A stretch of DNA of 55,209 nt, from positions 1 through 55,209 of the IMG/VR virus record IMGVR_UViG_3300049846_001695; one strand, written 5' to 3'. The notes under the pieces are model-generated. The model ran no database searches, was not told where the DNA came from, and was given only the letters and a program-made list of their open reading frames with translations. A program made the position numbers and the translations under genes. Position 1 is the stretch's first letter. Each line of letters opens with the position of its first letter. The stretch is from a virus. Taxonomy: Duplodnaviria > Caudoviricetes. Below, piece by piece: positions 10,106 through 19,306 of this stretch.

Positions 10106-10374
10106 TCGCTTTTTGAGGCTAGAACCTTAAGTGCATATTTTATCTTTAGGTTACAGCGGTCGCGGGCTTCTTTGTAACCAGCTTCGGCTTCCTTAAGCTG
10201 TTCCGCCAAGCTATTAACGTCTGGATCTTGCGACCACAGAACGTCGTTATCTTCTCTTTTCTTTGCCTCTTCGGCAATCCTTTCCTTTAGCTTTGGAACA
10301 TCGAGAGTGTCGGTTTCATCTCTCCACTCTTCGGGAATTTCCAGCATTTTCTTCGCAAAACGTGCGTCATCCAT
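10102..10374 (-). CDS. hypothetical protein
   Basis: 90-aa helical ORF with GGAG SD upstream. Confidence 0.7.
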   Translation of the reverse strand: MDDARFAKKMLEIPEEWRDETDTLDVPKLKERIAEEAKKREDNDVLWSQDPDVNSLAEQLKEAEAGYKEARDRCNLKIKYALKVLASKSE

Positions 10375-10385
10375 TTTTATCTCCT

Positions 10386-10739
10386 TTAGTTTACAAATGA
10401 CTTCGAATTATACAGAATCAACGGCCCCGCGTCAATCGTAGAGTTTTTTGCATTATATACCTCCACTATGACCGGGGAATTTGTTTTCGGAGCCATGTTA
10501 AAGGCAAACTCTAATATGCTTTCCGTTGTAAAGGAATCTGTCTGGATTTCTTGACCTACATCTTGATTTGATTTCTTGTTTATTTCGTTTGCAAACAAGT
10601 CGGCATCCTGCCTGCTTTCAAAGCACTTTAAGATGTATTTTGAGTTAGCCTTGTCAAAGTAAAACAACGGGAAGTCCTTATCCTTTGTTTTTATTGAATA
10701 AACGATATTCTTAAGCCTAAAGTATTTTTCGTACATCAT
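10386..10739 (-). CDS. hypothetical protein
   Basis: 117-aa ORF; ATGA overlap with the upstream gene. Confidence 0.65.
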   Translation of the reverse strand: MMYEKYFRLKNIVYSIKTKDKDFPLFYFDKANSKYILKCFESRQDADLFANEINKKSNQDVGQEIQTDSFTTESILEFAFNMAPKTNSPVIVEVYNAKNSTIDAGPLILYNSKSFVN

Positions 10740-10954
10740 GTAACTATTTCTTTTAATAGTTGCTCCGACAATGCTTCGGGCTTTAAAAGACCTCGTGAGT
10801 TGAGAAAATTCAATACAGACTTATAATAGCTTATAACGACCTTATCTTCAAGAGATAATTCTTTACCGCGACCTTCTAAGTTCTCGTTATCGCTTATTGA
10901 ATTAAGGATTGTGATAGCCATCCCCCTTATGATTTCTAGGTCTTTTTTATTCAT
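10736..10954 (-). CDS. hypothetical protein
   Basis: Track ORF extends to 11008. The in-frame ATG at 10954 (MNKKDL) overlaps the SbcC end and is the likelier start. Confidence 0.6.
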   Translation of the reverse strand: MNKKDLEIIRGMAITILNSISDNENLEGRGKELSLEDKVVISYYKSVLNFLNSRGLLKPEALSEQLLKEIVT

Positions 10955-12824
10955 AATTGATAACAGAAACTCCGTTTTCGTTCGTTGAAACTTCAATAAA
11001 TCTGTCAAAATTCTCTTTTGTTTCCGTTGAATGATCTACAACTAATACGGTTTTCCCACCATGAAGGCGACGGAGGATTTCCAAGCAGGCTTCTTTATCG
11101 TCTGTGTGCAGCCCCTCAAATGGTTCGTCAAGTATCAGCCAGTTGAGATCAAGACCTGTGCGGCGACTTATAACACCGTAGACGCTGGCATCAACAAGAA
11201 GTTCGATAGATGATTTTTGTCCACCAGATAGGCAACCTAGTTGTATCTTTCTACCGTTTTTTAGTACGTTTGTTTCTATCCTGTTTTTGACATTACCATT
11301 CTTTGATACAACAGAACTAGTAAAGCTAAAGGACACGTCTTTAACGTTTGGGACTAGCGAGATGTTCTTGTTTATGTCTTCGCTGATTTCTAGAAGTATT
11401 TCATCGAAGATTTTTGACAAAAACTCTTTATTTGTTTTTATACTTAACTCAAGAAACCTTCTTTCCTTCTCGACCGCATCTATCTTTTGTTGCAGTTCCG
11501 ACATCTTATCGTTAAGTGAGCTTATAAGCTTCTTGTTTTCATTATTTGCCTGTATTTTGCCATGAAAGAAAGATAGCTCTTTGACGGTAGCCATCTCTAT
11601 CTTTCCAAGAACGGCTAACTCGTGATTTATTCTCTTAGTTTCTTCCATGCACTCCACCAGTGCGGCACCTAGAGACAGGTCTTTAAAGTCCTTGGTTAGT
11701 TCTATATTGACAACTGCATCTTTGGCTGTGTTAATTTTTTCATCAATAGCCTTTAGCGATTGTATAAACGGCTCTTCGGAATAACTAACTATATAAAGCT
11801 CGGTGGTAGCTATCTTTTGCTGTAGCTCAATATTGAGCGTTTGTAACTTTGGGATTTCTTTCTGACTATCTTCCCAAGGTTGGTTGCAGGTATAACATTT
11901 GTTAAACCTAATTGACTCTATCTCTGCCGCATTTTGAATAAGAGTCTTTTCAAGTGTAAATAATTCCTGTTTTTTTCTTGAAAGTTCCTTCTGGTACGCA
12001 ACCAAATCCTTCTGTTTCGCCTCTTTCTGAGCAACCAGTTCTCTTATAACGGACTCGTACTCCTTTATTTTCAGAAGTTTTTCAGAATTTGCTTGAATGA
12101 CTTCCTTTTCTTTATCAAACTTTACCTGTTTTAACGACTCGTGCTTGGCCTGAAGTTCCTTTAGGGAAGCTAAAAATCCCTCTTTTTTAACCTGAATGTC
12201 TTCAATGCATTTTTTGAATACAGAAATCTGGTCAGCTATCACCGCTTCGTCTTCGATTTTTACGGAAGATATCGCCTCTTGAATTGCCGACTTCCTGTTT
12301 TGTAGATTTGACAGGTTTGAATCAACTTCGTCCAAGGACGTTTTCTGAAATCCAATAAAATCTTCTAACTCAGTCAATCCAAGTACGGTAGACAAGAAGG
12401 ATTTTTTGTCGGAATCATCCAAACTAAGAAATCGCCCATCTACTCGCTGGTTTCTGAAAGATAGCAGGTCTACAGACTCTAAGTTTTTGAATATTTCTCT
12501 TATTTTTACGTTAAGTGGGGTAGCGCCTTCTACTTTTTTCCCATCTTGGATGTAATAAGTCTCACCACCTCTAGCCAAAACTATCGGGTGGCCATCTATC
12601 TCAAGTTCTAATTCTGTTTGTAGCGGCGCGTCGGTGAAAATACTCTGAAGTTGCGTGCCCGGTATTTTATTCAGGCCAAGTGTATAGGCTATTGCTAGAA
12701 GAATAGAGGTTTTCCCGGCTCCAGAAGCTCCCTTTAAACAGTAAAAACCCTTGTCTAGAGGGATTTCTTGCTTGTCTAAGAAGCTTCTGAAGTTCTTTAG
12801 ACTAATCTTTTTTAAGGCTATCAT
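10947..12824 (-). CDS. SbcC/Rad50-like SMC ATPase (recombination nuclease subunit)
   Basis: Walker A GASGAGKT, coiled coil with CYTC zinc hook, LSGGQ signature, ILDEP Walker B, VDH H-loop. Confidence 0.92.
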   Translation of the reverse strand: MIALKKISLKNFRSFLDKQEIPLDKGFYCLKGASGAGKTSILLAIAYTLGLNKIPGTQLQSIFTDAPLQTELELEIDGHPIVLARGGETYYIQDGKKVEGATPLNVKIREIFKNLESVDLLSFRNQRVDGRFLSLDDSDKKSFLSTVLGLTELEDFIGFQKTSLDEVDSNLSNLQNRKSAIQEAISSVKIEDEAVIADQISVFKKCIEDIQVKKEGFLASLKELQAKHESLKQVKFDKEKEVIQANSEKLLKIKEYESVIRELVAQKEAKQKDLVAYQKELSRKKQELFTLEKTLIQNAAEIESIRFNKCYTCNQPWEDSQKEIPKLQTLNIELQQKIATTELYIVSYSEEPFIQSLKAIDEKINTAKDAVVNIELTKDFKDLSLGAALVECMEETKRINHELAVLGKIEMATVKELSFFHGKIQANNENKKLISSLNDKMSELQQKIDAVEKERRFLELSIKTNKEFLSKIFDEILLEISEDINKNISLVPNVKDVSFSFTSSVVSKNGNVKNRIETNVLKNGRKIQLGCLSGGQKSSIELLVDASVYGVISRRTGLDLNWLILDEPFEGLHTDDKEACLEILRRLHGGKTVLVVDHSTETKENFDRFIEVSTNENGVSVINYE

Positions 12825-13056
12825 TTCTATCTTCCAGCATTTCTCTTATATTCGATGGTTGTTCAATTCGTTTCGTTACGAGTCCGTTATCTATAACGTC
12901 TTTGACGTGTATAGCCTGCCCCGCCCCTAATACCTTCCGGGCGGCTCCATCGCAATTAGGACAAGACTGAGGTTTTTGAGAATCCGAATATGAACAAAAA
13001 GCGGAATATTCAAAACCGCACTCTTCATCTATGCATTTAAATGTGTAATTAGGCAT
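12802..13056 (-). CDS. FmdB-like zinc-ribbon protein
   Basis: MPNYTFKC....CG.....CPNC pattern. Confidence 0.75.
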   Translation of the reverse strand: MPNYTFKCIDEECGFEYSAFCSYSDSQKPQSCPNCDGAARKVLGAGQAIHVKDVIDNGLVTKRIEQPSNIREMLEDRNDSLKKD

Positions 13057-14797
13057 TTTCTAGTCCGGTGCTTTTCATGTAGTGAGCAGAGTCTACGGCT
13101 TCTTGACGCTCTAGGGCGCTATCTCTTTCAAATACTACTACACCTCCGACAGTACCGAGGACTGCCGAAATGGAGATAGAGTTTCTTAGTGCTTCAAGTA
13201 CGGCTGGGGTCGAGTCTAGCAACCCACTGACGTAGGGGTCAACAAAAGTCTGCGTAAACCCATCAAATGACTTGCCGTTGGGACCAGAGTTTTCTACAAT
13301 TTCTTTAATCTTTTCTTCTACTTCTTGGGCGTTAAGTCCGCAGTTCTCAAGTAGTTTCTGGATTGGATACAGAAGCGACGGTTTAACAACGGCTTCAAAT
13401 ACAGTTCCAGAACCCATCTTGCTTAGATGCGCCAGAATATTACCACCGCCCGGCAAACACCCCTGCTTGATAGCTCCTCTTACTGCCGCAATCGCATCCT
13501 CTGCTCTGTCTTTCTTTTCTCGTAATTCTCCAGAACTTGAACCTACCACTACTAGCTTTGCGATTCCGCCATTAAGTCTTGCTATTCTATCTTCTAGGAA
13601 GTGAGCATCGTATGAGCTAGCGGCTTCTGATAGCGCCTGCTTGAGTTGTTCTGCTCTATATTTTACAATTTCTGGTTCACAAAGACCGTGTATTACAGTC
13701 TTGAATCTTCCCATTTCGATCTTTTTGATTCCATACCCCAAGTCCGATAGTTCACCATTGTTGAGTGGTGCAGTAATTGGGTCAAATATCTTTGCTCCAG
13801 TTACGGCAGCAAGGTCTTCAAGAAAATGCTGCTCAGAATTCTGGATTCCTGTTCTTGGACAGATCATGGGAACAACGTTTAACGCTTCTGGCGTTGCTGT
13901 GTTTGTTCCGAATACTGAAAGAACTGACTCGGAGAAGTCTGGTGCTACAACTACAACATTGTGAGAAAAGGGCTTGCTTAATCCCACCTCTTGCGGGCGC
14001 TCCCAAGCGGTTCCTATTTTCTCCATTAATAGCTGTACCGAACCAAGGTCGGTTAATGGCATACTGTATAGGACAAATACTGGGTCTTCTAATGAAACCC
14101 TGTTATTCGCTCTATCGTTAATGAAAAGATTTAAGAACTTTTTGCAAGACTCTTCATAGCCAGTTTCTACGGAGTATCCCTCTATATGCTCGACAGCATA
14201 CTCTGAACGGCCAGATCTTTCCGTAACAACGATTGCGCCGTCGTTTCCTACGATATCAAAACATTTCATTACTGCGTCTGCAAGGTCTGTATCTCCGTTG
14301 GCGGATACCTTTGCTACACTGTATGCATCTTGCTCCGTTATTTTAGTTTTTGAGCACTTTAAGATTTCTGGCTCAAGCTGTTCCTTGAATATTTTCTCAA
14401 GCTCTCGCGTAACCTTCTGAGGGGTGATTCTTTTGTCGCTTTCGCATAGATTCATCAGGTTCTTAACGAATGCATAAGAAAGGACTGTCGCTGTAGTCGT
14501 TCCGTCACCGGCCTTTGCCACGGTTTTAGTAGAAGCATCTCTGGCAGACTCCATGATAGCGTGAGAAACCGGGTCTTCAAACCCTAAAGACCTAAAGACG
14601 GTAACGCCGTCTTTTGTTAGAATGTTTGGCAATCCATATTCTTGACGCTCAATAAGAACTGGTCTGCCAGAAGGCCCTAGCGTTGACCCAACGACATCTG
14701 AAATTACCTTCAAAGTAGATAAGGTCTTTTCCTTAAGTTCTTTTGGATCGTGAATTATTATCTTCGCTGCCGATTTCGCCTTTTTGTAAGAGTTCAT
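13049..14797 (-). CDS. groEL: group I chaperonin, GroEL-like
   Basis: STLGPSGR, TKDGVTV, AGDGTTTATV, ERSG, EKKDRAEDA, PGGG. No GGM tail. Confidence 0.92.
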   Translation of the reverse strand: MNSYKKAKSAAKIIIHDPKELKEKTLSTLKVISDVVGSTLGPSGRPVLIERQEYGLPNILTKDGVTVFRSLGFEDPVSHAIMESARDASTKTVAKAGDGTTTATVLSYAFVKNLMNLCESDKRITPQKVTRELEKIFKEQLEPEILKCSKTKITEQDAYSVAKVSANGDTDLADAVMKCFDIVGNDGAIVVTERSGRSEYAVEHIEGYSVETGYEESCKKFLNLFINDRANNRVSLEDPVFVLYSMPLTDLGSVQLLMEKIGTAWERPQEVGLSKPFSHNVVVVAPDFSESVLSVFGTNTATPEALNVVPMICPRTGIQNSEQHFLEDLAAVTGAKIFDPITAPLNNGELSDLGYGIKKIEMGRFKTVIHGLCEPEIVKYRAEQLKQALSEAASSYDAHFLEDRIARLNGGIAKLVVVGSSSGELREKKDRAEDAIAAVRGAIKQGCLPGGGNILAHLSKMGSGTVFEAVVKPSLLYPIQKLLENCGLNAQEVEEKIKEIVENSGPNGKSFDGFTQTFVDPYVSGLLDSTPAVLEALRNSISISAVLGTVGGVVVFERDSALERQEAVDSAHYMKSTGLENA

Positions 14798-14799
14798 AA

Positions 14800-15693
14800 T
14801 TATTTTCTATACGGTATTTTTAGGTTTAATTTAATAGAGAAGTTGAGGGGCTCGTGTTTTTCCTCTTCTTCTTTGTCCAATTCCTGCCAAAACTTTTCGC
14901 TCTCCTCTTCACGCTTCTTACGGAGGCGTTCTCTTAAATCCCTAAGTTCATTACCCGGATCTGGTTCGTCAATGATTTCATCTGGCTCTTTGACAACCCT
15001 GTTTTTCTTAAACATGATAAAATCTGGATCTGAGTCAAGGTCTTCAATACTCACGCTTTCCTTAAGCTCAACCTTGGGCTCTATCTTTACCTGTTCTTGA
15101 ATTATAGCATTTCCTTTTTGATCTGGGAATAGCCTATCTAGCTTCTCCTTGAAGAATTCTGGAGTTTCATAGCCAACCCTTTCAGGAGGTAGTATTCTCC
15201 CTTTGTAATCAACCAAAACCTTGTGGGTTTTAACAGCAAACTCCATCTTTTTAGCGAAGGTCTTTATCTTCTCAGGGGCTTTAAAGAAAAGCTCGTTTAC
15301 GGTATCATAGTGATCCGGCTTATGGTCGTGATACGACTGGATAAGTCTTTTCTTGTAAAACTTAACTCCACCAAATCTATTGATTTCTCTTTTTGCAGCA
15401 GATGTGTGAACGTGTATTTGTCCGGTTTCTCTCAAATACTGCAAGTAATACGTCACCTGACGCCTTTGTTTGCCCATTATCTTGCAAAAATACTCGCTGG
15501 TTGCATTACATACCCCATTCTCTCTCTGACAAAGAGAGTGAATATGTATTAAGAGAATATGAGCGTTCTGTTTAAACCTTTTTCCGACTTTCTTACCCTT
15601 GAGGTAATAGTCTTCATTTGGATCAAGTTGTTTAACAAAACTGTAGACTTCGGACATATTGCTAAATATAGCACGCCAATCTCTTGGTTGCAA
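14800..15693 (-). CDS. putative replication-initiator-like winged-HTH protein
   Basis: CNATSEYFCKIMGKQRRQVTYYLQYLRETGQI resembles the HTH of phage replication proteins; acidic/basic C-terminus. Start codon uncertain. Confidence 0.5.
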   Translation of the reverse strand: MQPRDWRAIFSNMSEVYSFVKQLDPNEDYYLKGKKVGKRFKQNAHILLIHIHSLCQRENGVCNATSEYFCKIMGKQRRQVTYYLQYLRETGQIHVHTSAAKREINRFGGVKFYKKRLIQSYHDHKPDHYDTVNELFFKAPEKIKTFAKKMEFAVKTHKVLVDYKGRILPPERVGYETPEFFKEKLDRLFPDQKGNAIIQEQVKIEPKVELKESVSIEDLDSDPDFIMFKKNRVVKEPDEIIDEPDPGNELRDLRERLRKKREEESEKFWQELDKEEEEKHEPLNFSIKLNLKIPYRK

Positions 15694-15730
15694 GGTCTTT
15701 TTCGGAAAGTGCTCATAGAGATACTACAAT

Positions 15731-15761
15731 CTCTGTAGCTACAGAGGCTTTTCTCTGTAGC
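15731..15761. repeat. three alternating copies of CTCTGTAG forming a 16-bp perfect palindrome plus an overlapping hairpin
   Basis: CTCTGTAGCTACAGAG (15731-15746); GCTACAGAG-gctttt-CTCTGTAGC (15738-15761). Confidence 0.85.
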
Positions 15762-15790
15762 GATCTCATGGATCTGTGTTATGTATGATC

Positions 15791-15819
15791 TTTACTTGTC
15801 ATCATTTAAGGTGTATAAT
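15791..15819 (+). promoter_or_regulatory. sigma70-type promoter for the rightward operon
   Basis: TTTACT-17 bp-TATAAT, then AGGAG SD before the ATG at 15842. Confidence 0.7.
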
Positions 15820-15841
15820 GCTGGGAATTTAGGAGACAATA

Positions 15842-16444
15842 ATGCTCATTGGATTTATCGGATTACCAAACTCTGGAAAAACTACAATAGCCAGTAAGAT
15901 GTTTTCTCATTTGAAGGAAAATGCAGCAAACTCTGAATTACTGGTAGAACAAGCTAGATTGTACATTGCAGAGAAGAGAACAAATTACAAAGATAAAGTA
16001 GAATTATCAGATGAAGATCAGTTACAGATAGCGGCAAGGCAGAAGAAATTAGAAAAGACAATGGTTACAGGTACAGATCCAGCAACCTACATTATTAGTG
16101 ATAGCTCGGTTCAGAATTCTGCAATTTATGTATCTAAGGATTTGTATGACAATCCAGACTATATCCAAAAGATACTGTTTGATGGATTGAGATATGACTT
16201 AATCTTTTACTGCCATCCGTTTGAATTACAAAACTTCATTAAAGACTCAAACAGAATTCACTCCCTAGAAGACATTGAAAAGCTTAGAGATAGAGCTAAT
16301 GACTTACTAGATAGGTTAAAGAAGAGTGGATGTAACGTAAAAGAGGTTATGGGGACATTCTCCCTAGAAAACAGATTTAAGACCAGTATGTATACCCTAA
16401 CAGAAGAGTATACAAGATTCTGTTCAAAACTCTCCTATGATTAA
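15842..16444 (+). CDS. P-loop nucleotide kinase (NadR/AAA_28-like)
   Basis: GLPNSGKTT, E.AR, IISDSS, YDLIFY, D.NR. Confidence 0.75.
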   Translation: MLIGFIGLPNSGKTTIASKMFSHLKENAANSELLVEQARLYIAEKRTNYKDKVELSDEDQLQIAARQKKLEKTMVTGTDPATYIISDSSVQNSAIYVSKDLYDNPDYIQKILFDGLRYDLIFYCHPFELQNFIKDSNRIHSLEDIEKLRDRANDLLDRLKKSGCNVKEVMGTFSLENRFKTSMYTLTEEYTRFCSKLSYD

Positions 16445-17930
16445 GATTACCAAAATAGTTCCATCCTTTATAAAACTAGAGGGAGTTCCTGTAGAGCAGG
16501 AAAAAGATCTAGAAAAGTTCTTGTCTTATACGGATAAGAAAGCGGTATTCCTCTATAATAAAGCTAGACATAACAAGAATCTGGCTAGAAGGATGGATAG
16601 AGAGGATTTCTTAGAATACTTAGAGAGACTTAAAAAAGCTCAAAAGGTATCTCTCCTTAAGAGAGACAGAAAAGGGAATATTTATACGTTCTCTGGATTA
16701 CTTAAGAAGGTAGAAAGCTTTTTCTCTGAAAACTCAATTAAATACATAGACAATACTGAGTATCCAGAACCAGAGAATCTACCGTTTAAGAAAGATCCTC
16801 CACAGTTACGGTATTATCAACAGGAAGCCGTAGATGCTCTTATAAAAGCTCGCCACGGTGCTATATCCGTCTGTACGGGCGGTGGTAAGAGCCTCATCCT
16901 CCTTTCTATTGCTAAAGAGTTTGGTCTTAAAACCGTAGTAATGTGCCCCTCTGCATCCATAGCTTCTCAGCTTTACGAAACCTTCTTAGAGTATTTAGGT
17001 AAGAAATATGTAGGTCTTTTTGGTTCTGGTAAGAAAGAGATAAACAAGTTAATTACCATAGCCATAGATAAAAGCCTAATCAACGTAGAGAAGGGGACTG
17101 AAGAGTGGGAGGTCTTAAGTAAGACCCAAGTAGCCATAGTTGATGAAAGTCATATGGTCGCTACTGAAACACAAGAAGTAGTAATGACAGGGGTTTTTAG
17201 AGATTCCCCATACAGGTTCTTCCTCTCAGCCACCCAGTTTAGGAATGACGGGGCAGACCTTCTTCTGGAGGGTATTATTGGAGATGTTGTTTATGACTTC
17301 CCTATTGAAAAAGGGATCAAGGAGGGGTTTTTAGCCGAGCCCACATTTTACATTATTCCAGTTAGAGTCCCCGAGGGCATGGTCTTCGGCAATGATCCGT
17401 TACAGAACTTGCGTACAGGAGTTTACGAAAACAAAGCACTCCACGAGTACGCGGCTAAGATAGCCAACAGATACCTAGCATCTGGTAAGAAAGTTATGAT
17501 AATGATTGATCAAGTAGACCAGTTCTCGCTACTTGTTAATCACCTGTCGGAAAGACCCGGATTTGCCTACGGTAGTCTAACCAAAGAGCAGAAATCTAAG
17601 ATAGATAAGATGTATTACGCTAAATCCACAGACATGGTGGACAAATTCAATGATGGCAAGCTGAACTGCCTTGTTGGAACTACCGCTATTGGAATGGGGA
17701 CTGACACTAGGCCAGTAGATGTAATCATAAACCTACAGGGCGGTCAGTCTGATGTTAAATTCTTGCAATTAATTGGCAGAGGCACGAGAAAAGTACCGGG
17801 GAAGAAAGAGTTTGTTTTTATTGATTTCGATGTAGTTAATCACGATTTGTTACATAAATGGGCACTATCAAGAAAGAGCCTGTTTAAGCAAGTTCACTCT
17901 AATGTATTTGTTGTTGATAGCGGAGTTTAA
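16437..17930 (+). CDS. SF2 DNA helicase (UvsW/ResIII-like)
   Basis: LRYYQ, TGGGKS, DESH, SAT, QLIGRGTR. Confidence 0.92.
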   Translation: MIKITKIVPSFIKLEGVPVEQEKDLEKFLSYTDKKAVFLYNKARHNKNLARRMDREDFLEYLERLKKAQKVSLLKRDRKGNIYTFSGLLKKVESFFSENSIKYIDNTEYPEPENLPFKKDPPQLRYYQQEAVDALIKARHGAISVCTGGGKSLILLSIAKEFGLKTVVMCPSASIASQLYETFLEYLGKKYVGLFGSGKKEINKLITIAIDKSLINVEKGTEEWEVLSKTQVAIVDESHMVATETQEVVMTGVFRDSPYRFFLSATQFRNDGADLLLEGIIGDVVYDFPIEKGIKEGFLAEPTFYIIPVRVPEGMVFGNDPLQNLRTGVYENKALHEYAAKIANRYLASGKKVMIMIDQVDQFSLLVNHLSERPGFAYGSLTKEQKSKIDKMYYAKSTDMVDKFNDGKLNCLVGTTAIGMGTDTRPVDVIINLQGGQSDVKFLQLIGRGTRKVPGKKEFVFIDFDVVNHDLLHKWALSRKSLFKQVHSNVFVVDSGV

Positions 17931-17933
17931 AAC

Positions 17934-18971
17934 ATGAGTTTCACATACGACCCACATTTTATAAAGTTTAGAAAATCGTTAGAGGGGATGCTGTCTAATT
18001 ACTCCTCTACAAGAAACACAGAAAAGAACGAGTTTACACAAAAGCAAAAGAAGCTTGTAGAAGATCTCGTTAAAAAAGAAAAGCAGTTTAGGCGGGCAGT
18101 TAAGAAACACAGGAACGGTAATCGCGCTTACTTGAAGTTCATCTCTTTCATACTTGACGACAAGAAGAATATTTTAGCAGCAAGACCGTTTTTCAGAGAG
18201 CGCCAGACAGACTTTTCAAAAAAGATTTCCCCGGCTATTAAGTCAAGGAATGTAAAGAAGATGTTTACGTTTAATATAAACTACCCGTTTATTGACTTTA
18301 TTATGTCGAACGAGAAGTGGGGGAAGAGTTCCGATGTCTTTAAGATAGCAAAAGAGATCAAGAAAATAAGAGAAGAAATCATCTTACAAAACATGCCACT
18401 AGCAATATCTAGAGCGACCCTCTTTAAGAAGAAGACTCCAGAAAATCATTTGAATTTCATGGACTTGAATCAAATATCTTTCGAAGGACTTATCAACGCC
18501 GTAGACAAGTTTGTACTTCCATATACAACAGTCTATAGAAGTGTTATAATCGGAAGGATTTCAGGCGATTTAATTGAAAACTATTCAGAGACAATGATGC
18601 ATTTTTACCCATCCGATAAACGTAAGATTTATCGCGCAAACAAAATAAACAAGGGTAGGGAGTTAGACGATCAGAATTTTGATACTCTGGCCGAGAACGT
18701 AAACCTAGAAGGTCCGAAACTGGAGTCCCCCGCTTCTGGAAGTGAGTTACAGGGGCTCATGGCGGCAGTCAGTCCATTGTCATTAGACGTGCCAATGACA
18801 GACGATACGCCGGATGCAAAAAGCTTTTCTTCCAACTTTGTAGCTCCAGAATCCGTCCAGCCAGACTATATCCTAGAAGACATAGAGACAAAAAGTCGTT
18901 TACAGGCGGCATATAGTTCACTAACTCCGCTTGAGCTTAAAATACTGAAAATGAAGGGGTTTAACTTATGA
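17934..18971 (+). CDS. phage sigma-70-family factor (regions 2-3; ends before the region 4.2 HTH)
   Basis: REEIILQNMPLAIS..A, MDLNQ..FEGLINAVDKF (region 2), SPLSLDVP (3.2), ends LTPLELKILKMKGFNL. Confidence 0.8.
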   Translation: MSFTYDPHFIKFRKSLEGMLSNYSSTRNTEKNEFTQKQKKLVEDLVKKEKQFRRAVKKHRNGNRAYLKFISFILDDKKNILAARPFFRERQTDFSKKISPAIKSRNVKKMFTFNINYPFIDFIMSNEKWGKSSDVFKIAKEIKKIREEIILQNMPLAISRATLFKKKTPENHLNFMDLNQISFEGLINAVDKFVLPYTTVYRSVIIGRISGDLIENYSETMMHFYPSDKRKIYRANKINKGRELDDQNFDTLAENVNLEGPKLESPASGSELQGLMAAVSPLSLDVPMTDDTPDAKSFSSNFVAPESVQPDYILEDIETKSRLQAAYSSLTPLELKILKMKGFNL

Positions 18972-19306
18972 GCGAAAAATATACTATCTATACAACGAAT
19001 GGGCATATCTTAACAAAACCACTCGTCGTTCAAAATATTGAATCATCTGTTAAGGGCGGATTCTTAACAATAAAGAACAAAACTACTTTTCAGTTTGTAG
19101 AGGTAGTTTATGGGGACGGGAAAAACTACGGTGCCGGAATGCAAGTAATGCTTAAGTCAGATGCATTCGTCCACCCTTGGGCCAAACAACGGTATGAAAT
19201 AGACGGACAGGAGTGTATCCTTGTTCCAATTTCCGAAATCGTAGGCGTTAAGGTTCCACAATTTGATACTATCCCACTTGGTTTGTTTGATAGGGAGAAG
19301 AAATGA
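18968..19306 (+). CDS. GroES-like co-chaperonin
   Basis: E..VKGGFL mobile-loop-like segment, EVVYGDG, G..V, YEIDGQECILV..SEIVGV match the Cpn10 pattern. Confidence 0.65.
   Translation: MSEKYTIYTTNGHILTKPLVVQNIESSVKGGFLTIKNKTTFQFVEVVYGDGKNYGAGMQVMLKSDAFVHPWAKQRYEIDGQECILVPISEIVGVKVPQFDTIPLGLFDREKK

Noticed and set aside
57-15575. Plus-strand ORFs in the left arm (e.g. 278..652, 8563..8865, 13272..14159)
   Set aside because: Antisense shadows of long, motif-bearing minus-strand genes; no recognisable motifs.
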